DNA from: Geosiphon pyriformis uo1
Taxonomy: Eukaryota; Fungi; Glomeromycota
NCBI GenBank assembly: GCA_016748015.1
Contig: JAAOMT010000400.1
Span: 624,970-688,969, forward strand
DNA length: 64,000 nucleotides
Direction: 5' to 3'
The position numbers were made by a program, and so were the translations under genes. The notes under the pieces are model-generated. The model was given only the letters and a program-made list of their open reading frames with translations, had not been told where the DNA came from and searched no databases. Below are positions 49,101 to 59,872 of the stretch, in pieces (position 1 is the first letter of the stretch; each line of letters starts with the position of its first letter).

Positions 49101-49668
49101 AGCTCTTAATGGAATTTGTATCTTATTTTCTGGTGAAAAATGGTATGATTTATCTTCTGGTGAATAAATACGTTGTTTTTTTATTGATTGAGTGACAGTT
49201 TTCTTTGGCGTTTGAGCTGGTGTTCCTAGTTTTTGCTGATTACTTTCCTGATTAGTTTCTAAATTTTTTTTGGTTTTGTTGGCGCGTTCCCTAGTGTTTC
49301 CTGTGGATATTGGAAAATTTTTGTTGGCGTATTGCTCAATTTCTCAATGGATTTTGACAATAGTTGCAGCTATTACTGCTACTTTTTTTGTAGTGTATTG
49401 TGATAATTCTCTATACAATCCAAGTTTTGCATTGTGTGGTTCTTCTTCCTTTCCTATATGATAATTTATTCTGGCGTTAATATAATAAGTGAGGGCAGAT
49501 TCTGCTGGACAACACCCTTCTGGTAATCCAAGATTACTTTGATTTTGTGTATAAATAGCATGGCAAAATTTAAGAACAGTAAGATTAGGGGTTTTTGTCA
49601 CCACTTTTGTCTCTTCCTTTTTAGCAATGAATTATTGCTAATTATTATTTCCTTTTTTGATTTTCTTT

Positions 49669-49685
49669 CCTCATAGGGTTCACCA
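49669..49685 (-). promoter_or_regulatory. Element E primer-binding site
   Basis: TGGTGAACCCTATGAGG, 2 nt after the LTR. Confidence 0.7.
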
Positions 49686-49687
49686 AA

Positions 49688-50565
49688 TGTTACGGGATGG
49701 TTTTCTTGTTATATTTAATTGCTGATATCCCATTTTAATTGCAATCAGTCTTTCGTGAGTTCCTCAATTCTATTTGTGTAATAATGTCACTGTTACACTG
49801 AAGGCTTTCTTTTTACTGTTGTGATGTAAGTTATTCTTCAATTCTTGATTGTTGTGTGTGTTTATGTACTCTTTCTCAGAGGCTGAACTGAAATCTACCC
49901 ACTGTTTGGGGTCTTCTCTGAGGCTATCCTTGCAATTGCCTGATGTGTTTCTCTAATCTAGAAACACAGAATGTTAATGGTCTTTAGCGCTTTTCTAATT
50001 CTTACAATAAAGCTTTTATCAATTAGTAACAACATGAATAATCTTGATCAAGGATTATTCTTCCAAGAGATTCAGTTGATGAATGATAGTTTTATTTAAT
50101 AAATAATACAAGTAAGTTTCTTAATACTTTGGGTTGTGATAGTTCAGTTTTAAATATTTTTTTCATTTCTTTTTGATTTTAAAGGTTTCTTGGGATATTT
50201 AATTTGAAAGTATGATTTAAACTGGAGTTTGTTAAATAAAATTGGATCTATTACTTGATAAGTTATGATTTTTATTACTTGATTGATTATTTTCTAATAT
50301 TAAAACTACTGTATATATACATGTTTGTAGTTCTATGAAAAAACACATTGTAATACTTTCTTTTTGATATTTCAACCTGGTATTTGTTGCTATCACCAGT
50401 TGGTATTGGCTGCTATTGTGAACTGGTGCTTGCCACTATCACAAGATGGTGTTTGCTACTATATTAATTATTACCTTTCTAAGATTATTACTGTGCTATA
50501 TTATGATTAAATAGTTTGTATTATTTTTATGATTCTTTTTTTTGCTAAATTCTTAAACCATAACA
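49688..50565 (-). repeat. Element E 5' LTR (878 bp)
   Basis: Direct repeat of 40569-41435 with an 11-bp indel. Confidence 0.96.
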
Positions 50566-50569
50566 GTGG

Positions 50570-50742
50570 TTTCAGGAAGCTATGGATAAAACTGTTACCA
50601 CTGAATCTCTGTTCATTATACAAAAAACTCAACCAAAATTTTCAGATAAACACACCTTCAGATTGCCATTATTAACAACAGCTTTGAACACCAAGTTACG
50701 AGTTTGTTATTTACTCCAACAACCAAGAAAACATCTGTAATA
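50570..50742 (+). repeat. Element F 5' LTR, right part
   Basis: Matches ~59700-59872. Confidence 0.93.
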
Positions 50743-50744
50743 TT

Positions 50745-50761
50745 TGGTGTTTCCTGTAAGG
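50745..50761 (+). promoter_or_regulatory. Element F primer-binding site (probably elongator tRNA-Met)
   Basis: TGGTGTTTCCTGTAAGG, 2 nt after the LTR; differs from the B PBS only by C/T changes. Confidence 0.7.
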
Positions 50762-50802
50762 TATAATCCTACAAAAAATTAGCACTAACAAATAAATCAA
50801 CA

Positions 50803-53800
50803 ATGACAGAATCAGAAAGTATAGGAACAAACCATTTAGAATTTGTGAAATTCTTATTTCAACACTATTGTCAACACTTGGGATTGAATTACAATCAGAT
50901 ATTAGCAGAATCAGCCTTCAATTTCTATGTCAATAAAAAAATTGTCTATTTGTTAAGAACACCAGTAAATATTGAATCAGCAAGAAAAACTTTTTACCAT
51001 AAATTAATCCAAAACACCAGCTTACCAACAAATTATAATTTCACATCCATTATTACTGAGATTAATAAAGAAATTGAACATCACATACAACAAAGATACC
51101 CAATTACTTATGCCAATAAAGGCAAAGGAAAATTACAAACACTGGCAGTAACACTTCAATGGATCTAACCACTTACTTGAAAGAAACACAGAATTGAATT
51201 ACCTACAAATCCATTATATCATTATACTCCTGGAAGTGCCATTAATATCACATCAACAGGCATGTTTACATTAAATGTGACATCAACATTTGGATAATTT
51301 CCATTCCAAAGTAAACAAAAGAAAAAAGATCTATTAAGACCATATGGTGCATACTTCAAGGAATTCAAATCAAGATCACCAACGCCATCAGGAGTTTGAT
51401 TACCACCACCTCAACCAAATTTTGGAATTACTGATCCATGGGAATCAACTGAATTGGAAAAAAAACAAGAAAAAGAAAAAGAAAAAGAATCTGAAGATCA
51501 AAAATTCACCTACCAGAATCCGATTATTGAGAACCTGAATATTGGGATCCTAAATTTTTAGACTCAGTAAGATCAAAATCTAGAAAATCCAGAAATCAAA
51601 ACTCCACCAAATCAGAACAACCAAAACTTTGACTTAATTAATCAACACAACTTATCTTCAAATATTATCATCAATCAGCCACCAATTGAACTGATTATTG
51701 AACCGATTTAATAACAGCAAATACCCTTTTAACAGCCATCACTACAGCAACTTATCTAGCAAGCGGTTTAGCAACTGCAACAACAGCTTCAACTACCAAT
51801 ACAATAACAGCAACCAATTGCGCCAATAGCTTTGGCACCAATTGCAAAACTTGAGAAGTTCACCGGCAAAGAGGATGATGCCCAGACATGGATCAATAAT
51901 GTTACCAAAGCCATTACTGCAAATAATTGAGATGACACAAGAACAATGCAAGTCATCCCATATTTCCTAAAGAATACTGCCAACTCATAGTATCATAGCT
52001 TGGCCCAGAAACCCCAAAATTATAATGCATTTAAAATAGAATTCCTAAGATATTTCAGTAATAATAGTAGCATCAACTATCTGGCAAGTAGTTTCACCAC
52101 CCTAAAGCAAGGGAACACAAAAGCAGTCACTCATACTAGAGATTTTAAAGCTGCTGAGTTAGAAGCCAATCATGCCCAAGCTGTGAATTTAGTAATGAAT
52201 GGATCATCTGACTTGGATTTTAAACTGAAACAATTCAGTAATTCCATTAATCAGAAATTAGAGAGATACTTAGCTAACAATTATTCAATTTATCAGTCTT
52301 CTCAATGATGTAATAATTAGGGAAACACAAATTGTTTCCAAAATCAGTAGCATCTATCATTATCAACAAATCAGCCATGGCAACAAGAAATGTAAATCTG
52401 CCACAACTGTGATAAACAAGGTCACATTAGAGCCAATTGCCATGCTTATAGTAACCCATGATTGGGAAATCAATATCAGAATCCTGATTGCTGGTTCCCA
52501 ATTCCGAATCATTACTTGAATCAAAATCAATATCAATCCGCTTATCTGCCAATAATGCCACCAATTTATCAAACACCAGTATATTAATTTCAAATATATC
52601 AACTGCAGCCATCCATAATATATCAACCACAACCACAAATAGTCTATCAATTACAACAATCAATTCAAATACCACCCCAAAACACATTTATGATAACATC
52701 CAGAAACCCCAGATCCAGAGTAATCCAAAACTAAAGATCGGCGATGGTGGTTCACCAACTAATCCTCAGTTTATCAAATCAACTATCAGAATCATGCCAG
52801 CAGAGTTTAGGAACTGGGTATAACCAAAACCCAAGTTCCCAGAACTACTTAAGTCTTCTGATTACCCCAGAAGATGCTATATCCAGCAAACAGGAAACCA
52901 ACCAGAAGCCACTTACCTGCAATATTCTACCAGCTGCCAGCACCGAAGACGAATCACTTGTTGCCATATTTCCATTTGAACTTGAGAAAATCACATCAGT
53001 TCCATTATTCAGTGGAGCCGCTCTGGATACCAAACCAATAACCATGATGTATACTAATGCCAAAGTCAATGGTTAGTATATTAAACTGATCCTGGATAGT
53101 GGATTAACTGGCAGTATTATCACCAAACAACTTATGGATCAATTAAGTCGCTGAGTTGATCAAGCTGCCAGCACAAGAATCATCACAGCCGATGGAGCAA
53201 CCAAAACTCCTATTGGCAAGATTGACAACTTCCCTTTTAAAGTCAACAGCATCATAGTTCTTATTAAAGTTTTGGTGATAAAAGCCACTCAATACCAAGC
53301 ACTAGTTGGTAATAACTGGTTTATGAAAACAAATGCCATACTGGATTGGACAATGCAAGAGCTCCAACTTAGCCAAAATGGTCAACATACACATGTACTA
53401 GCCACGTGTGGCCATTTCAAGACTATCAACACATCAGCACCACTCATCGAGTTTGAGGAGAAAAAAAAAAAACCTACTTGGGAAGCCTATCAAGTCTTGT
53501 GGGCTGACAATGACCACAATGAACTACTGCCAATACTCTCTTGGAATGACAATGACAATAAAAAAAGAAAACAAAGAGAAAAACATATCTGAGAAACCAT
53601 TATTGACACTTGGACCAACAATAGCCAAAGTGAGTTGCTACCAACAATAAGCTGAAAAGAAAAAGGGAAAGGGAAAGAAAAAAAAGAAAATGTACCTAAA
53701 GAAATCAAATCCACAGAAACACAACCAAAGGATGGACAAGCTCATACTCCATTCACCAGCTGCTATCACAGTCACCATTTATTCCACTTAAATACAAAGA

Positions 53801-56800
53801 CTGTGAAAAAAAACTTTCTTCCATGGGAGCATGGATCACGCCAGACAAAGACCACTGAACACGAACACATTATTACTGCAAACTGTGCTATCGCAAATGC
53901 TATGGATATTCAAAGTGCCAAGGCAAGTGGGACAATGAACCATGTCTCACTTGTGGCGAACAGCTACTCGACGAAAGGATGTGGAACAACATTCTTGGTT
54001 AAGAAGGAACATGCGACACTTTATACCAGTACATGATTCTCATTAATGACTAGGTGAGTCATGGCATGCTCATAATAACAGTTTGGCAAAGAATGATTAA
54101 CTGATTGGATGGCTACCCACACAACGAGAATGAGATCTGGCGAATGGCAAATGCCAAAGTTCAAGAAGCCATGCCCAGTGAAATTCTGGAAGTTAAAAAC
54201 AACCCACCTGAACAGATTAACATCATTCTTGTTCCAAATCTAGACATCTTTTTCAACATAAAAACCAACTCAGAAGACTTCCATGAGCATTACCAAAACT
54301 TGGCACCCACCAGAAAAGAACAAGAAAAGTGTTTAGCACAGCTAAACACTCAATTATGTGACCATTGTTTAATTTCATGTGACTTTCAATATTGTAATAA
54401 ATGTGACCTCATTTACAACCCACTGATCTGCATGATCTACATGATCCCAGAAGAAGAAGAACCAATCAGCAGCTGCACATAGGAATCAGAATCAATTTTC
54501 AATTTCAACTCAAACCCCAACAATGATAACGACAAAAATAATGGTTCTAGCTCCATTCAAAATAGCAATAACAATAACAATGATTCCAACTCAGATTCAA
54601 ACTTCGATTCAAACTACAAACAATATATCGCACTCTCTGACCTCACCAAGGAGCAGAAACTAAAATGGTTCAGCAACAATAATGAAAGTATTATGCCAGA
54701 ACATGTGCATAATACTGATGCAGGGTTTGATTTAAGATATCCTGGAAAAGATGTCATTAAATTGAAACCACATTCACATACTTACATTGATCTGAAAATA
54801 GCACCAGAAATTTTAGCAACCACAATGGTTTAACTAGCATCTAGGAATAGTCTAGCAAAAAGAGGAATTAACATCAAAGAAGGAATAATTGACACAAGAT
54901 ATATAGAAAATATCATTGTTATACTACAAAATAATTTAGAAAAGGCCTATGTAATAGAGCCAAATGAAAAAATAGCACAGGCAATATTCCTGCCTCTGGT
55001 CAAAATAGCTCAGTTAGTATCAGTAAGAAATAGAAAAAAATTAAGAATAACAGCAAGAGGGATACAAGGGATTTGAATCAACAGGTAGAGTAGATATACC
55101 AGTTAATATGGTGAAAGAAGAGATTATTGACAAGAAAAAAATTATCTCCACCAGTCAACCAATTTCTATTCCACCATATAACCAGTATATGGTAGTCATA
55201 GAAAGAAAAGTAAAGGATCAGAACCAGATTTTTGAGGCAGAAGCAGTACATTGTAAATTAGAAAAAATTGGACTCATTAATCTTCACATACCAGCCAAGA
55301 ACTACAGCCACATTAAAATTCCCATTTACAACAATACTGGAAAAGTTATAGAGATACCAGAAAAAACTATCATAGGACATTTAATTACTAAAATAGAGGA
55401 CCAACCACCAAACTCTATTCCAGACTTTCCACAGCTTTGTGAATATGTTGACATTACATCACAAACAATATATAAACAAAATAAATGTTATTTGCTCCAA
55501 CCAGAACAATTGAAACAAATAGACATGGAGAATCTAGACCCACTCCAATGCATGCAGCTGAAGATATTGCTTAACAAGTTTAATGACATCTTCACCAGTG
55601 AGAATGAATTCAACAGAACTGACATCATCCAACACCAGATCAAAACTGGAGATGCTATGCCAATAAAACAATAAATATACAGAGTACCATCTGCCAGCTA
55701 TGAGATCATTTGTCAAGAAATTAACTGGATGCTTGACAATAGGTTAATTCAGCCATCAATGAGCCCATAGTTATCACCAGTAGTACTTGTTCAGAAAAAG
55801 AATGGGAAAATCCGCTTTTGCATGGACTACAGAAAGCTTAATGGAGTCATGCATGGAGACAGCTATCCAACTTCATGAATTCAGAAATTATTTGATGCTT
55901 TTGGGGGAAACAAATAGTTCTCAACATTGGATTTAGATAGTGATTACTGGCAAGTAGCCATGGATCTAGTGGACAAAGAAAAAACCACATTTACAATACG
56001 GGAGGGAAATTTTGAATTTGAAATAATATTATTCAGCTTAACAAATGCTCCAATCACATTGCAGCAGCTAATAGAAATAGTATATACTGGCTTATTGTGG
56101 AAATCAGTAGTTGTTTATTTAGATGATACCAATATGTTCTCCAAAACATTTGATAATCATTTGCATCATCTATAACAAGTGTTTGAAAGGCTATGACAAG
56201 CAGAGCTAAAGTTAAATGCCAATAAGTGCTTTTTTGGCAAGACAAAATTAAAATTTTTAGGGCACATAGTAAGCAAAGATAGCATCAAAATGGATCCAGA
56301 AAAGATAAAGATAGTCAAAAACTTTCCAGTACCAACCAATGTGGCAGAGTTAAAATCATTCTTGAGATTTGCAGACTATTATCAATGCTTCATCAAAAAC
56401 TTTTTCAAGATAGCCCAACCACTCAATTATTTCCAAACCAAGAATGTGAAATACAAATGGACAGAAGCACAACAAGAAGCTTTTGATATTCTAAAAAGAA
56501 AGCTTATACAAGCTCCAGTACTAATCTATTCAGATCACAATAAACCATTCATCATTACCACTGATGTATTAGGCCAAGCATTGGGAGCAATACTATTACA
56601 AAAAGGACTGGATGGAAGAGAACATCCAGTCACATATGCCAGCCGAGATTTAACTCCAGCTAAAAGAAATTATGAAACACCAGAATTAGAACAATTAGCA
56701 ATTTATTGGGCAGTCATAAAATAGAGTGAATATTTGAGTCAGAAGTTTGATGTATACACAAACCATAAGGAATTAACAGCACTTCATAAACAGAAATTTG

Positions 56801-56919
56801 GAGATGGAAGACAATCAAAATAGAAAATAGTACTATTATCATATACTTATACTATACATTATAAAAAGGGAAAAGACAATGGAAATGCTGACAGTTTGTC
56901 ACAAATAAAACAAATCTAA
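50803..56919 (+). pseudogene. Element F ORF1 Gag-PC-rich-dUTPase-RT-RNase H polyprotein (Gag, protease, Cys-rich, dUTPase, RT, RNase H), degenerate
   Basis: CHNCDKQGHIRANC; LILDSG; YYCKLC..GKWDNEPCLTCG; VYLDD; ITTDV; ends NADSLSQIKQI* (56917-56919). Confidence 0.9.
54660..55090 (+). pseudogene. Trimeric dUTPase domain in element F (stop-interrupted, absent from the ORF track)
   Basis: TDAGFDL, ASRNSLAKRGI, GIIDTRY, EKIAQAI. Confidence 0.88.
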
Positions 56920-56948
56920 AACATCTCAACACAAAAATATAACAAAAG

Positions 56949-58323
56949 ATGAACATACAAAAATATCAACAACTATAACATTAAATAAATACTCAACAGT
57001 TCAAGGAGAAATTATCTCAAAATGAGCGAAATAATATCAAACAACAATCAAAACATTTTATTAATTATAAAAATATACTTTACCAGAAAAACAGAAGAAA
57101 TCCAGATCAATCAATAAGAGTTATTACAAAACCAGAGAAGGAGACAATATTATTCAACATGCATTCAGATTTAACAACAGAACATTTTCATAAAGAAGCA
57201 ACCATAGAAAGAACCAGAAAAAGATACTATTGGCCATCAATATATCCAGATATTATTCAATATGTTCAGAATTGTGATGCTTGTCAAAGAAGAGGTAGAA
57301 CAAAACTCAGTGAACCATTAAGACCAATCAAAGTGGAACAACTATTCAACCATATTAGAATTAACTTAGTTGGACTATTAACAATTACCAGCAGAGGCAA
57401 CAGATACATTGCAGTAGCCATGGCTATCTTACAAAATGGCCAGAAGCAAAAGCCATTCAAAGAGCAGATGCAGAATCCGTTGCCAAATTCGTTCATTAAG
57501 ATTTGATTTGTCAACATGGATGTCTAAAAAAACTACTATCAGATTAAGAAACTCACTTTGTGAACAGAACATTAGTGGAATTAAGTCACTGATTTAGAAT
57601 TAAAAGACCAGTATCATCACCATACCATCCATAAATGAATGGTTTAGTTAAAAGATTTAATAAAACACTGTGTAAAGCAATTGCCAAAATCAGTCAAAAA
57701 ATCAAGAAGAATAGGATTTGTTTATACCATCAGTATTATTTGCTTATTGGACAATGAAGCAAGATACTACACAAGCAACATCATTTAAATTGGTATATGG
57801 TAGAACAGCAACATTACCAGTTGAGATAGAAGTCAATACATATCCAACTAAACCAATAACAGAAGATAATTTCCAAGAAATCTTGTTGAAAAGAACATAT
57901 GACTTAATGGAAACACTAGAAAACAGATGACAAAAAGCAGTTAATAACATCCAAAAGTCACAAGAAAAACAAAAAAAAAGACATGATAATCAACTACTAG
58001 ACAAACCAGTTAAATTCAAGATTGGAAACAAAGTACTTTTACATCATACCAAAGTGAAAAAACAATGGAGTAGAAAATTTGACCCCAAATGGGACAGACC
58101 ATTTCACATAGAAGAAATTTTTGGAAATGGAGCTTATAAATTAAGATAAAACAACAAAATCTTAGCCAAAGCAGCACATGGTGATCGACTAAAACCATAT
58201 TACCAAATAGCATCATCATCTACCAATAACATTCCACAATTAGAAGTACAACAAATACTAGTCCAACCAGATGAGATTCCATGAAATCTGGAACCAATTA
58301 TAATCATTGGACCAAACACATAA
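56949..58323 (+). pseudogene. Element F integrase, separate ORF
   Basis: ATG 56949 MNIQKY; HSD..HFH..CDAC; close homologue of the A integrase. Confidence 0.9.
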
Positions 58324-58382
58324 AATCAAACAATAAAAGAGTATATAAAGACACAGTATACATGACAAAAGCAACCAAGAAA

Positions 58383-59012
58383 ATGGAAATACCAGATTAT
58401 ATTCACATCATAGCTCAACAATTATTCCAGGCCTTAAATCAACAATCTTTAAACTTGAAAATTATCATTAACAACCAAACAATTTACTATCAAAACACCA
58501 AAAAAAAGACAAAAAATACACCATATTAACAGTTATCAAAGAATAATAAAAACAGATTAGATAATATAGTAGAAAAAGTAAAGAACACTTTTGGGAAAAT
58601 ACCTATTAGAGCACCAATAAAAGAACTTACAAAAGAGAATTGGAAGCAATGAACAGAACAACTTCTAATATCATACTGTTACTACCAATTAGGTCGAAAG
58701 TTGAATATTCAGGAGTTGTATATCAACAAATCCAAGAGGATATTTAACCAAAATATAATACAGCAAATTGAAGAATTTATTGGAAAAAAAACAAACTCAA
58801 CACTATATGTAAGAACAATTTATTAACTACACAACATATTTTAAAACTATCCAAAAATATTGTTATATTCTAACATAGAAACCATACTCATTAACCAATG
58901 AGGAAGAATGAACAATGTACAAGTAGAAAACATGAAGAACAGAGTCGAACAAACAATACTTGAAAAAGAAGTCTTAGAATTAATTCAAAATGAAGATTTT
59001 GACAGAGCTTAA
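58383..59012 (+). pseudogene. Element F ORF3, unknown ~209-aa protein, several stops
   Basis: MEIPDYIHIIAQQLF..SYCYYQLGRKLNIQELY..EDFDRA*; one frame. Confidence 0.8.
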
Positions 59013-59031
59013 TATTAAAAGAAGAAGATAA

Positions 59032-59872
59032 TGTTACCTATAAAAGAAAAAAAACAGATATAGAAAATAGCAAACCAATAGGAAAATAGTATTTAGCATG
59101 TGAGCACATTGCTCAGCAATGTGGAGCAATGTCAGAAATTATGGCACATTGCTCAGCAATATGGAGCAATGTCAGAAAACACTGCATATTGCTCAGCAAT
59201 GTGAAGCAATATTAGAAAATTAGAGCACATTGCTCAAGAAATCATAGCACATTACTCAAGAATGTGAGCAATCTCATATCATGTATATATAGCAGTAGCA
59301 TTAGAAGTAAAAAAAAGAAGAATCTTTTAGTTAGAAATCTCCCATTCACAAATATTGAATAAATAAATTATTTACCATCCAAATCCACTCTTCACTATCA
59401 ACACTCCATGTTGATAGCAATTGATACTTAATCACACTAGAACAATAGCTCTTGATTATAACTATTGACAGATACTAACTTGCATATTGCCTTGGCTCAT
59501 TTCTTTATGTTATTTCTTTTATTTTCTTGTTTTAATTATTGTTATTACTAATTCTATTGAGGATTAACATGCAGAGTACTGACATCAAGATATAGCACTA
59601 GTAAAAGACCCAGAAATAAGGATAGAACACTCAATTGAGGTTAGCTTACCAGGAGAAACACCAGCCATCACACTAAGAAAAAAATTAACAAAACTGCGGT
59701 TTTGGGAAGCTATGGATAAAACTGTTACCACTGAATCTCTGTCCATTATACAAAGGACTCAACCAAAACCTTTAGATAAACACACTTTCAGATTGCCATC
59801 ATTGACAACAGCTTTGAACACCAAGTTACATGTTTGTTATTTATTTCAACAACCAAGAAAACATCTGTAACA
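59032..59872 (+). repeat. Element F 3' LTR (841 bp)
   Basis: After PPT AAAAGAAGAAGA; TGTTAC...GTAACA. Confidence 0.95.
59105..59240. repeat. 40-bp tandem array of the palindrome CACATTGCT-C-AGCAATGTG in the F LTR (also 39965-40100)
   Basis: Units start at 59105, 59145, 59185 and 59226 (half). Confidence 0.9.

Larger units (their letters stand above)
43611..49604 (-). pseudogene. Element E ORF1 Gag-PR-Cys-rich-dUTPase-RT-RNase H
   Basis: CHFCKCIGHLISQC knuckle; LILDSRS; DAGFNL..GVIDSEY; VYLDD; VTDAS; ends DCLSRIKHT*; one frame apart from two 1-bp deletions and the gap artefact. Confidence 0.93.
40569..50565 (-). mobile_element. Full-length Ty3/Gypsy LTR retrotransposon E (~9.7 kb net of the assembly duplication) with dUTPase
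   Basis: LTR pair ~96% identical by eye; PBS; PPT GAAAGGAGGGG; perfect 4-bp TSD GTGG (40565-40568 / 50566-50569). Confidence 0.97.
39892..59872 (+). mobile_element. Full-length Ty3/Gypsy LTR retrotransposon F with dUTPase; 5' LTR interrupted by E
   Basis: LTR pair, PBS, PPT; 4-bp TSD TCAT (39888-39891) / TTAT (59873-59876). Confidence 0.95.

Noticed and set aside
59105-59240. CRISPR-like palindromic repeat array
   Set aside because: The intervening sequences are themselves near-identical, the array lies in both LTRs of a eukaryotic retroelement, and there are no cas genes
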